A stretch of 32,635 nucleotides of DNA from assembly GCF_001194135.2 (NCBI RefSeq), contig NC_068994.1:45915374-45948008 (forward strand). The letters run 5' to 3'. Position 1 is the stretch's first letter; the number at the start of each line of letters is the position of its first letter. The notes beneath the pieces were generated by a model. It was not told the origin of the DNA and made no database searches. It saw only the letters and a list, made by a program, of their open reading frames with translations. Origin of the DNA: Octopus bimaculoides (Eukaryota). A program made the translations under genes and the position numbers. Positions 12,190-23,399 of the stretch are shown here, one piece after another.

Positions 12190-12290
12190 TGCGTCGCTTT
12201 GTCCGTCTAAATCTTTCGAGGCGGTGTCTCAGCATGGACGTAGTCCAATGACTTAAACAAGTTAAAGACAAACGATAAAGAGAGAAATTC
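12190..12290 (+). mobile_element. Family-B SINE 3' tail fragment
   Basis: 'gaggcggtgtctcagcatggacgtagtccaatgacttaaacaagttaaaga'. Confidence 0.65.
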
Positions 12291-12773
12291 ATTAATAAAT
12301 TGGATAATGCGGCCTCAGGTACACTTGTGCCCGAAAAGCTGGATATGGAGACCGACTTTGTTCGATCATGGGCGTCTTGGAGACAGAACAACAAAACAAC
12401 AACAATAAACATGATATAGATTGCTGAACAACAATAAACATGACATAGTTTGCTATTTTCAATGAGATATATACAAATCGGTTAAATAACAATGATATAT
12501 AAACGAGGACAAAAACTCTGACATTTAAAACTGGCCTTTATTTCCAATACAACTGAAACAATTCTACACGTCATTAAACAGTAACTACTTATGGAATTTA
12601 TATGGAGTAGAATTATTGTTCTACTTCGCAGAAGAATTGCCGGGTGCTAGCTTTTATTTCTTTTTCTTTCCTCTTCCTTTTTTTTTTGTTGTTGGTTGCA
12701 AGTATACAGTAACCTGGAAAATGTTTATTTCATTTTATTTTATTTTATTTTATTTTATGTTTGCATTCAACAG

Positions 12774-12842
12774 ATTCGTCAGGAATGAAACCAGAACGTA
12801 AAATGTTTTACATGGCCTCCAAAGCTGGTGGTCGTGGTCGCG
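12774..12842 (+). CDS. 69-nt internal exon of gene B: (D)SSGMKPERKMFYMASKAGGRGR
   Basis: Long T-rich tract plus cAG at 12771-12773, donor G|GTAAGA at 12843, length 3n, phase 1/1, no stops, in frame with the downstream exons. Membership in gene B is inferred from phase and position. Confidence 0.7.
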
Positions 12843-13097
12843 GTAAGAATTGGAAAGGGCAAGAAAGTATTCATAGATTGGAATCGCAAATACTTTTTCA
12901 CGTAGTAAACTTCGCTAAATGTACCTTTAATTCATATAAGAATGTTAAACCACGTGACAGATTGGATCTACCACTTATGAACACGGTCTGTCCTTCCGAC
13001 AGATTTCTACACGATTTCCTATTGAATTTCATTCACTGGACTTTAATGGACTCCAGACTCTGGGAGAAAACAATCCCAAAATATTTGAACTGATTTA

Positions 13098-13335
13098 AGC
13101 GGTGAACTGGCAGAGTCGTTACCACGCCGGACAAAACACTTAGCAAGCATTCTTTCTGGCTTTGCGTTCTGAGTTCAAATTTCGCCGAAGTCGACTTTGC
13201 CTTCCATCTTTTCGGGATCTATAAAATAAGTACCTACTGGGGTCGATGTAATCTACTTACTTTTTCCTCCAAACTTGCTGGCCTTGTGCCAAAACTTGAA
13301 ACCATCATCATTATTATTGTTATTATTGTTATTTG
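13098..13335 (+). mobile_element. Family-A-headed SINE with a different 3' end and (ATT)n tail
   Basis: A and B boxes and the 'gtcgactttgccttccatcttttcggg' domain, then 'ttgctggccttgtgccaaaacttgaaacc' and an ATT repeat. Confidence 0.85.
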
Positions 13336-13405
13336 TAAGGCAGACGAGCTGGCAAAATCTTTAGCGCGTCGGGTAAAATGGCTGAAACAAGTAAAAGATA
13401 AAAAA

Positions 13406-13408
<3 letters not shown>

Positions 13409-13488
<80 letters not shown>
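13409..13488. repeat. (GT)n microsatellite
   Basis: Direct read. Confidence 0.97.
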
Positions 13489-13490
<2 letters not shown>

Positions 13491-14469
13491 GTGTCCACTT
13501 AGAACGGTTGACGACGTTACTGATAATAGCGGTAGTAATGATTGCAGCGGAGTTGGTGGTGATTAAAATGCTGTATTTTTGATGGTGGCCTCGACGGTCA
13601 TTGCGATAGAAACGGTTATTGTGTTGATGGTAGCAGTATTGGTTAAAAACGTGACGCATTGTGAATACTTCTGTATAAGCTTCTTGGTTGTGCATCTGCG
13701 AGATAAAGAATTCATATTGCTTTTATTTTACTTCATTCAAATTTTCTTGGTATAATATGTGTCTCTATTGACAGAATGATGAATAAAATATTGAAAGAAT
13801 TCCGCTGGGTTTGTTGTCTGAAACTCGCTGTTATATTCCGCAGTTTGATGTAGATAATACCATTTCTTCTAGAATTCTGTATAAAGAAATATCATATATT
13901 TTTCACTGTAGCCAAACGACTTGTAGCAGTATTATACAGTACTGCTAGTACATATACTAGCGTATGATAATTATCACATACGTGAGATCATAAGGTCATC
14001 ACATGTAAAGCCAATAATACTGTCAGATGTATCCACGAATGGGGGAATACAACGACTACTTCTTGTCTGTAATTCTACAACTAGTTATCATTTTGCCATA
14101 AGATTTAACTAAAGAGAGGTCCAACACCTGCAAAAAATAGTAGCCAAATCTCATTCAAATCGTGTCTTACTCTCTTAAAAAGAGCAAAGGAAGAATAGGC
14201 TAAATATAGTCTCTGTACACGATGTCTTAAATATATATAAGAAAGTCCTATACACTATGACTTAAATAAATTTATGAAATGATGGTCACAACTTGAATAG
14301 AATTGATTATGCATATGTTGTATCAGAGCCGAGCTATAATTTTACAGTACAACATATAATCTGCATCAGGGGTATATGTGTCACATGAAGCGAAATGAAA
14401 TTTAATTGACTGAAATACTAAAACCGTATCGCATTAGGTAGGTGATATCAGTATGACATGTAGTAGATA

Positions 14470-14689
14470 ATAATCCTTTCTATTATAGGGACAAGGCCTG
14501 AAATTTGGGGGAGGTGTATAGTCTATTACATCGCCCCAAGTACTCAACTGGTACTTAATTTATCGAACCCGAAAGGATGAAAGGTAACATCGACCTCGGC
14601 GGAACTTGAACTCAGAACGTAGCGACGGGCGAAATACCGCTAAGCATTTCGTTCAGCGTGCTAACAATTCTGCCAGCTTGCCACCTTAG
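14470..14689 (-). mobile_element. Family-A-headed SINE
   Basis: Reverse complement of the A head and central domain. Probable TSD tgtagtagata (14459-14469) / tgtagtaaata (14690-14700). Confidence 0.88.
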
Positions 14690-15623
14690 TGTAGTAAATA
14701 GTAATACCACATGTGCTATATATTAGATATGACATGTAGAAGACGACAGTTAAATGAGATATAGTTAATCAGAATACTAACAATTATACAGACTGTTTCA
14801 TCTGTCAAACTCTTAGCAATGTCATATATAGTAAACTGTAAATTTATCAGAAGTCTATGGTCACATTAGTGCTACATGTTCAAGACTGAATCAGTGCAAT
14901 GTATAATGTAACAGTACTACATGTACAAGGCTGTAACTAGAAACCACCAGTTTATTACAAAGTACAGACCTAGACTCCGAGACAATATTTCACACACGGT
15001 GAACATGTCTATGAAAACTTTTAACTGTGAGAAAAAGTGTATGGAAACTATCTGAAAGTATCTATTAGTGAACATAAAATAAAATATCGTGAACAGTTTT
15101 CCTATTTGCTGTGTAAATCACCTGCTGGAATATTGTTTACTAAAGACTTTAGATAACCCTTCCGTCTATTTTTCTTTAACCTTTATCCCCACCACTTTTT
15201 CTCTTTATTTGTTAATTTATTTATATTTTTATTCTTGGCATTCTCTCTCTAATCTATCATCTGTTTAGTTCATTTTCCATCCCCACCAGCTGATCGTCTG
15301 TTTTCTTCATTCTTTCTCCATCCCCACCAACTATCGTCTGTTTTGGCCATCAACCTCCCCTTCAAGTTCTCGTCTGCTTTGTTGATTCACCTGTCTGACA
15401 TTAAACAGAACAACCACTTATATGCCATTATATATATATTTTATTCAGCAGAAATTATCTGCTAATATTGTTTAATCTAATTGAGGGTCAGTGATATAAC
15501 TATAAATACAGGGATAACTTTCAACTTTATCCATCATTCTTTTATTGGTTTGAAACGTATTCAATACTGCTCTCACTATGAACTCACTAAGCGTAGCATT
15601 CTGTTTTTTCACTGTCTCTGTAG

Positions 15624-15659
15624 TGACATCTGATGCTTTCAACTTTATGGGTGGATATG
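15624..15659 (+). CDS. 36-nt micro-exon of gene B: (V)TSDAFNFMGGY(G)
   Basis: Acceptor 'ctgttttttcactgtctctgtAG' ends at 15623, consensus donor G|GTAAGT at 15660, length 3n, phase 1/1, open and compatible with both flanking exons. Confidence 0.72.
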
Positions 15660-16752
15660 GTAAGTCACATATTATGCTTTTATAAATTTTATTTTGGATT
15701 CTGTCTGTGTCTATGGTAAGTCATTCTTTTATGGCCAACTGTGTGTTTCTTTATTTGTCTCTCATAAGCATATAGAATGCTTTGGTTTATGCTTGTGTCT
15801 GCGTTTGTCTCTACCTCTGTTTCTCTTCACTTCCGCTCTCTACTTTCATTCATTCTTCTCTCCGCTTGTACTTTCTATTTGATGCGGCTTCTTTCATTTT
15901 TTTCCTTCTTTTCATTTTTTTTTTTTTTTGCGAAATATTTTTTTAAAGATGAAGGATAAAAGGAACAAGAAAGAAAACATGAAAGAAGCAGAATAAGATA
16001 GAAAGTGAAGATGGAGTCGAAAGACACGTAACAGAGCGGAAGTGTTTAATCTATTTTGCTCTAAGAAAATATCACAATGTGCTCTAGTTCACTGCGCTGT
16101 TTGCATTAACAAGACACTGAGAGTGAGATTCTTTTATTATAGATTAAGTGATTCATGTAAATGTGTCGTCCGGCAGACAAAATGGTGAATGCGTTACCTT
16201 TCAGTGAGAGATGTGATGAAAGAGCTTTTCCACCTCGATGAGTTCATTCTTACGGATAGCAATCTTTAACCTGAACAAACTCGACAAAAGTGTTGGTTCA
16301 CGCGAGACAGGTATACCGGTCGTATTCACCGTTATATTTTCGAAAAGAAATCTGAGAGCAGCTGCTAGATTGACAGTTTACGATTGTCCACCAAGAATCC
16401 TAGGCCTTACACTGATTTCCCCAGATATTTCTGCTGGGAAAGTATCACACCATGCTGCACTCCAGGTTAGTGACTTATTGCCACGAAACGGGAAGTTTAT
16501 GGTGTCATTGTTTTTACTGTCCTGTCAATCTAAGCCTAATCGTTGAAAATACAATGTAAAACTGGTTGCTTCTGAACAACGTTAACTAATAATATTTAGG
16601 TGGGGGGAAGTTACATAGAGAGAAAGGAAGTTGCATCACAGTTAGAAAACGAAGACTCGTAACGTATTTGTGTCGTTCGCAGATCCGAAATTCAAACCTA
16701 ACTGAAACACAATTCACAGATAGTTGTGTGTGTGTGTGTGTGTGTGTGTCTA

Positions 16753-16789
<37 letters not shown>

Positions 16790-16828
16790 TTAACGTGTAT
16801 TTGAATGTGCATCGTTTATTCGTTGCAG

Positions 16829-17187
16829 GTGGAGACAAAAAGGCGGTTGAACACCCACATCATGGCAACTTCTTCGCTGATGTCGGTCGAGATATCGGCA
16901 AGTTCTGGGGCAGTCTGTTCAAACACAAAAAACCTCACCATGAAGATGACCATGCTGCTGAAAAAACGTCAAGCTGGAAAGGAAGGCTTCCCAAATCATC
17001 AGACAGTAGGGATATGGAGGCCATTATGACGAAATCTATGTATGCACAGTTCAAAGCTTACGCCATGATGGCAGATGCTTATAAATTACTTGGAGATAGT
17101 GTCAGACTGCAGAGAGAAGCGTTGATGGATATGAATGACTCTGGTCCTGTTGAAGATTCACCAAGACCCCCAGAATGGCATAAATAA
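16829..17187 (+). CDS. Terminal coding exon of unknown gene B (paralog 2); His-rich, conserved C-terminal helix
   Basis: Acceptor 'catcgtttattcgttgcAG' ends at 16828, phase-1 entry as in gene A. Frame GDKKAVEHPHHGNFFADVGRDIGKFWGSLFKHKK...MEAIMTKSMYAQFKAYAMMADAYKLLGDSVRLQRE...PEWHK to TAA 17185-17187. AATAAA at 17239 and 17269. Confidence 0.9.
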
Positions 17188-17238
17188 TTTTTAGAACATT
17201 TAATCGATTACTAGAAATATACGAGAACTTTTGAAACA

Positions 17239-17274
17239 AATAAAACTAAAATTGTATCGGAAATTGATAATAAA
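17239..17274 (+). terminator. Candidate polyadenylation signals of gene B (two AATAAA)
   Basis: AATAAA at 17239-17244 and 17269-17274, 50-85 nt after the stop. Confidence 0.55.
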
Positions 17275-17730
17275 CCATTTGGATAAGGAATGTGCCTCAT
17301 AAAATATTTATTCCGCCTTTTTATCTTTTATTATTTTTTGCGGGTTTTAGGAATATAGGTGAGCTTGGTTTTCTTTTATTAATCATAGCGAATATAGACG
17401 CATATATATTCAAANNNNNNNNNNNNNNNNNNNNNNNNNNNNNNNNNNNNNNNNNNNNNNNNNNNNNNNNNNNNNNNNNNNNNNNNNNNNNNNNNNNNNN
17501 NNNNNNNNNNNNNNNNNNNNNNNNNNNNNNNNNNNNNNNNNNNNNNNNNNNNNNNNNNNNNNNNNNNNNNNNNNNNNNNNNNNNNNTATACAAAATATAT
17601 AAGCAGATGATGAGTAAAGCACCGACACAGTTTGGATTACCTGTTGTAATCCGTAGATTTATTGCAGGAACTTCGTAGTGGCAGTTGAGATAAAAGTATT
17701 AATAAAATAGATAGAATGAGTAAAAAAAAT

Positions 17731-17768
<38 letters not shown>

Positions 17769-17879
17769 ACACACATGCATTCATATATATATGTGATATT
17801 TGCTATCAAACTACCCCATGACCCAAACTAAAATACACCCACACAGTAAAGTAATACTTGCGATTGCCTTTACAAACAT

Positions 17880-17884
17880 ACACA

Positions 17885-17915
<31 letters not shown>

Positions 17916-17930
17916 GCACGCACGCACGCA
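17880..17930. repeat. (CACG)n microsatellite
   Basis: Direct read. Confidence 0.95.
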
Positions 17931-18606
17931 GCCATACACGTATGTATATATGCATATATAAGTAAATATATAATTTATAATGTACATATACATATACATA
18001 TACATAAATATTTCAATACACACATACATATACATATACATTTCGTATGTTTTGGAATACTACGAACCCAGCTACTTGTTACTCTAATTTCACTCTAATT
18101 CTTATGATCACACTCAAAATATAGGCACCGTGTATAGATAAACGCGGTGCCTTTATAAACACAATCATTCACGAGATCACAAACACACACACACACACGC
18201 ACATACACATTCACATACCCCCTTTTACATACTCACACATATATTCACACAGGCTTGAAATGCTGTTTGATTCATTTTTTTCAGCATACAATTTTCCTCA
18301 TCCCACTACCAAGTATGACATCACCCCTTCCTTTCTTATTCATCTATCACCCCTTCCTTTCTCATTCATAAACACAAGAATATTATTATAGTAGATTATC
18401 TCGGTAACCATGGGAACTATGAAAATAATACAAAGCCCAGATCATTCTACATATCTGTGTAGTTTTCCGCGCAATTCCACCCAGCCGTTTGACCGTGAAT
18501 CCCAAGACAAGAGAGAATCGCCCATTTCAAATTTATATGTATAGATAAAGGAAATGGGAGATAGATTTAGTACGAATCTTTATTCAGCACGACAATCGTT
18601 TATATA

Positions 18607-19008
18607 TTGTATGTATGCATGTATGTATGTATGGATGGATGTATGTATGTATCTATGGATGGATGGATGGATGGATGGATGTATGTATGTGCGTATGTAT
18701 GTATGGATGTATGTATGTATGTATGTATGTATGTATGTATGTGTGTATGTATGGATGGATGTATGTATGTATGTATGTATGGATGGATGGATGGATGTAT
18801 GTATGTATGTATGTATGGATGGATGGATGGATGGATGGATGTATGCATGTATGTATGGATGGATGGATGGATGTATGTATGTATGGATGTATGTATGTAT
18901 GTATGTATGGATGGATGGATGTATGTATCTGTGTGTGTGTGTATGTATGGATGGAAGGGTGGATGGATGTGTATGCATCCATGTATGCACGTATGCATAT
19001 ACGCATGC

Positions 19009-19044
<36 letters not shown>
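18607..19044. repeat. Compound (ATGT)n/(ATGG)n tetranucleotide array ending in (GT)n
   Basis: Direct read. It explains six overlapping spurious ORFs. Confidence 0.97.
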
Positions 19045-19047
<3 letters not shown>

Positions 19048-19112
19048 AAATTCTTCAAGGTGGTGCCGTAGCATGGTCGCAGTCTAATGACGGAAACAAC
19101 TAAAAGTTAATA
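19045..19112 (+). mobile_element. Family-B SINE 3' tail fragment
   Basis: 'ttcttcaaggtggtgccgtagcatggtcgcagtctaatgacggaaacaactaaaag'. Confidence 0.7.
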
Positions 19113-19204
19113 AGGTAAAATGATGAAAAAAATATACGCATCGCTAAAATGATTAAACTACGTATACATACGCTTATGCATATGTATCGTTGGTCTATAT
19201 GTGC

Positions 19205-19207
<3 letters not shown>

Positions 19208-19276
<69 letters not shown>

Positions 19277-19294
19277 GTGTGCGTGTGTGTGTGT
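19208..19294. repeat. (GT)n microsatellite
   Basis: Direct read. Confidence 0.97.
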
Positions 19295-20164
19295 ACATCT
19301 ATATGTAAGGTCTAAATATCAGTGATGTAAATGTAACTTTATTTCAAATTTTTCTTACCCTCATTAATTTTAGTAAATGTATTCAGAATGAAGAATCCTT
19401 TATTCNNNNNNNNNNNNNNNNNNNNNNNNNNNNNNNNNNNNNNNNNNNNNNNNNNNNNNNNNNNNNNNNNNNNNNNNNNNNNNNNNNNNNNNNNNNNNNN
19501 NNNNNNNNNNNNNNNNNNNNNNNNNNNNNNNNNNNNNNNNNNNNNNNNNNNNNNNNNNNNNNNNNNNNNNNNNNNNNNNNNNNNNNNNNNNNNNNNNNNN
19601 NNNNNNNNNNNNNNNNNNNNNNNNATATATATATATATACATATACACACACTTAAGTACTTTGAAAGCAGAAATATAATGAAATGGTCCAATTAAATTT
19701 TGCAATTGGAAGAAAACGCTATTGAATTCAGAATCAAGTGGGTAATCATTGTGAGATCGAAACAATATAAACTGAGAATGTGTGATGAGATTTATGAACG
19801 TTTAATAAAATCTCTATTCTTAAAACATTTAATAGTCTTGCTAACTTTCTAAACACAAGATCCGAGAGGTTTATAAAATGTCGACCTTTTGTGAAGTATT
19901 TACTGAAAGATTAGACTGCTTTGTAACCAGGAGAATAAATACACCCTAAGTTCCCATATAGCTCCCGATACACCTCTATTCTTCATATACAGAGTTCCTC
20001 ATTTATTGACGTATTTGCAACATAAGTATATTCATACAAATATGCGTATGTGTGCACACATACCTATGCAAATATATTCTATTATATGTTAATAGACTGA
20101 CTAAAACTTCACCGATGCCAAGTAACTTCTCTGATATTATTTGATACGTATTTCATTTCTCTCC

Positions 20165-21720
20165 TTTATCCTTAATTCCACAAGGGTGCGTGCCTAAGCA
20201 CTGGTCTGCTGCTCACATCGTCACCATGCACAAAAGCAAGGAGGGTAACTTTGCTTGCTGTAACAGTTGGAGCTTAACATTTCTGTTTATTGCTTGAAGT
20301 TCTCGTCGCGGGCTATGTTAAAATAAACTAGTTTCTTTAACACAAGAAAATATCACGCTAGAATTACAATGCGGCCTCCACGTGGGTCTAGGTAGATTCG
20401 ACATGATTTTCGTCCCAGAGTAACGTCAGAGAACCTTAGGAAGTAACATCAAAACTAGTTCATTGAAGGATCTATTAAAAGCTTTCCAGGATATAAAGAG
20501 AGAACTTCTATAGAATCTCAGAAATTGTTTGCTTGCCCAAATTTCCTAATCTTCTCCGCTGGGTCCGTGAAATTATAGTGGCTCAAGTTGTTGGAAAGTA
20601 GATATATTGACCCCTTTACCGTAAAAATTTTCATTTGGGCAAAGTTGTGTGTGGACTTCCTCGTTGTCTAATATATTCTTCCGTATGACATTACTGGACG
20701 CATGAGGTATTGATAGGCGAGGGTAACTTAATTTTCGACTTAATATGAAGACAGTTTTTTTTTTCAACATCATAAGGCTGCAAGCTACTGCCACACTCAG
20801 ATCTAAGCAGATCATTAATCTCCAATAAAGTTATGACTACTGTTGTTGCTCATCTTCCAGAAGTTTTATGGGTTATCATGTTAGTAGCCACTTCAGGTTA
20901 TGACAGAATCAGCCCAACAGTTGACGTCTTCAATACAAATAAAATCTCTCAATGTGATACAATACAGATCTGAATCCTCTCTACTTTCTGATGATAACAG
21001 GAATACCTAGTCAACCCCTTACAGTTAAGATATTTAAGCAGTAACATTTACAGTGAGTTACAAATGGAAGAAGAGATTGTGAAGTATCTTAGACAGGCTT
21101 CTGAATTCCTTTAGAAAGCTAAATAAGGGAATCATTCTGGACAAAAATCCCATCCTTTTCACTGATGCTCATATCTATAGGCTCAAATTATGAACTATGC
21201 ACAATCGAAACATTGACACTGAAGGCTTTTAATAAAACGTATCTCAGTCGCTCGATATGATAAATTTTTGCACATAGGAACACTCATGCGGACCAACACA
21301 AACACCATTGAATCCAAACTGTACAGGTATCAACTAAGATAATTCGAACAAGATTGCACAAATCGCACACACGTGTTCCTCGTACGATCTACTCTGGTCC
21401 GTTACTGCATGGTCATATACTTGCTGGGGATCAAAGAATCGGTTCAAAAACTAGTTGACTACCACTTTATAGAAGCATAGCATTAATCGCTGGAGAGTGG
21501 AAGACATTGTTACTCGCTGGACACTTTGACAGTTCTACTATTGGAGTAGGATTTGAGATATGGACAAAGAGACCCTCTCGCCACCAGCAGAAGGGAAGAA
21601 GCAAGGAACGAGCACGTTCACAGAGTTACGCCTAGTTTCTCCAACCAAATTTTAGCATGGACTGTCTATGTCCGAAGCTGTACATCAAGGATTAACGATG
21701 AACAGTTATGAAAAGTTTTA
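20165..21720 (+). mobile_element. Heavily decayed RTE-clade LINE ORF2 (RT domain to C-terminus)
   Basis: Collinear broken motifs: GCVPKHWSAAHIVTMHK; LELQCGL..DMIFV; DLLKAFQDIKRELL; GQSCVWTSSLSNIFF; FNIIRLQA..LQ*SYD (YADD site destroyed); EEEIVKYLRQAS; MRTNTNTIESKLYRYQLR*; CTSRI. Many stops and frameshifts. Confidence 0.85.
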
Positions 21721-23178
21721 CAAATAAAGGAAATACTCAACTATAGATTCGATGTCCGACCAGAAGCAAAAATGAGTGAGAGTGTGTGACCGTATGAAAT
21801 GTATTTGGAAATGTGTATATTTGTAAGTATATATGTATATGAGTATGATGATATTGCGACACGAATCTAATGTATTTTACTGCGAGACAATATGTCCGGT
21901 CGCAATATTACATCTATTCTTTCAATATACTAATTTGATAGGATTTTTACCACCATATTTGCTATAGTTTTATCAGAAGATTGAAAGACAATTGTTGACA
22001 CACAGTGATGTACGTTTAAACAATTATCAGCTAGTGATTCTCTTTGTAATTCTGTCTGTGTCTCCGCTTTTCTTTCTTTATCTGTCTGTCTGTATCTGCT
22101 TGACATTTTGTGTTTATATGGATGTACAGGCGTGTGTTTCAACTGTAGGTACGTAGCAATCAATCTGTCTATCAATAATTGTATCAATCAATCGATAAAT
22201 CAATATAGTTATCTTTTATTTGTCTGAGCCTTTATATCTCTCTGTCTATTTCTATCATACATGCATATGTATGTATGCATGGATATATGTATGGATGTAT
22301 GTATGTATGTCGACTTATATACATATATAGATACATATATATATATATATGTACATACATATAAATATATACAGACACATATATATATATATATATATAT
22401 ATANNNNNNNNNNNNNNNNNNNNNNNNNNNNNNNNNNNNNNNNNNNNNNNNNNNNNNNNNNNNNNNNNNNNNNNNNNNNNNNNNNNNNNNNNNNNNNNNN
22501 NNNNNNNNNNNNNNNNNNNNNNNNNNNNNNNNNNNNNNNNNNNNNNNNNNNNNNNNNNNNNNNNNNNNNNNNNNNNNNNNNNNNNNNNNNNNNNNNNNNN
22601 NNNNNNNNNNNNNNNNNNNNNNNNNNNNNNNNNNNNNNNNNNNNNNNNNNNNNNNNNNNNNNNNNNNNNNNNNNNNNNNNNNNNNNNNNNNNNNNNNNNN
22701 NNNNNNNNNNNNNNNNNNNNNNNNNNNNNNNNNNNNNNNNNNNNNNNNNNNNNNNNNNNNNNNNNNNNNNNNNNNNNNNNNNNNNNNNNNNNNNNNNNNN
22801 NNNNNNNNNNNNNNNNNNNNNNNNNNNNNNNNNNNNNNNNNNNNNNNNNNNNNNNNNNNNNNNNNNNNNNNNNNNNNNNNNNNNNNNNNNNNNNNNNNNN
22901 NNNNNNNNNNNNNNNNNNNNNNNNNNNNNNNNNNNNNNNNNNNNNNNNNNNNNNNNNNNNNNNNNNNNNNNNNNNNNNNNNNNNNNNNNNNNNNNNNNNN
23001 NNNNNNNNNNNNNNNNNNNNNNNNNNNNNNNNNNNNNNNNNNNNNNNNNNNNNNNNNNNNNNNNNNNNNNNNNNNNNNNNNNNNNNNNNNNNNNNNNNNN
23101 NNNNNNNNNNNNNNNNNNNNNNNNNNNNNNNNNNNNNNNNNNNNNNNNNNNNNNNNNNNNNNNNNNNNNNNNNNNNNN

Positions 23179-23214
<36 letters not shown>

Positions 23215-23399
23215 GTACATATATACATATATATACATATATTTATGTATACATATATATATACACATATATACACAATGCACAAGCACACCATTGGTCC
23301 ACGTACAAACAATTGTACATACATTATTCGAACAAGCACACGTCAACCTCTACACACAGGCGTTTGCACACACAACGAACAGCCTGATAGCCTCAGTCA

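Noticed and set aside
12632-12710. Signal-peptide-like reading KNCRVLAFISFSFLFLFFLLLVA just before the 69-nt exon
   Set aside because: No in-frame ATG, weak donor (a|gtatac), and the hydrophobicity is explained by T-rich intronic sequence.
12843-13093. Remainder of the 110-aa ORF 12761-13093
   Set aside because: It continues past a strong donor into AT-rich intron-like sequence with no recognisable protein features.
16238-16546. 102-aa + strand ORF (MSSFLRIAIF...)
   Set aside because: No motif or homology recognised, and candidate splice phases (1 in, 0 out) do not fit gene B.
18124-18151. GC-rich 10-bp hairpin ggcaccgtgt-N8-acgcggtgcc (Helitron 3' end?)
   Set aside because: No CTRR terminus at the expected distance on either strand.
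20573-20815. 80-aa minus-strand ORF
   Set aside because: It is antisense to the decayed RTE reverse transcriptase.
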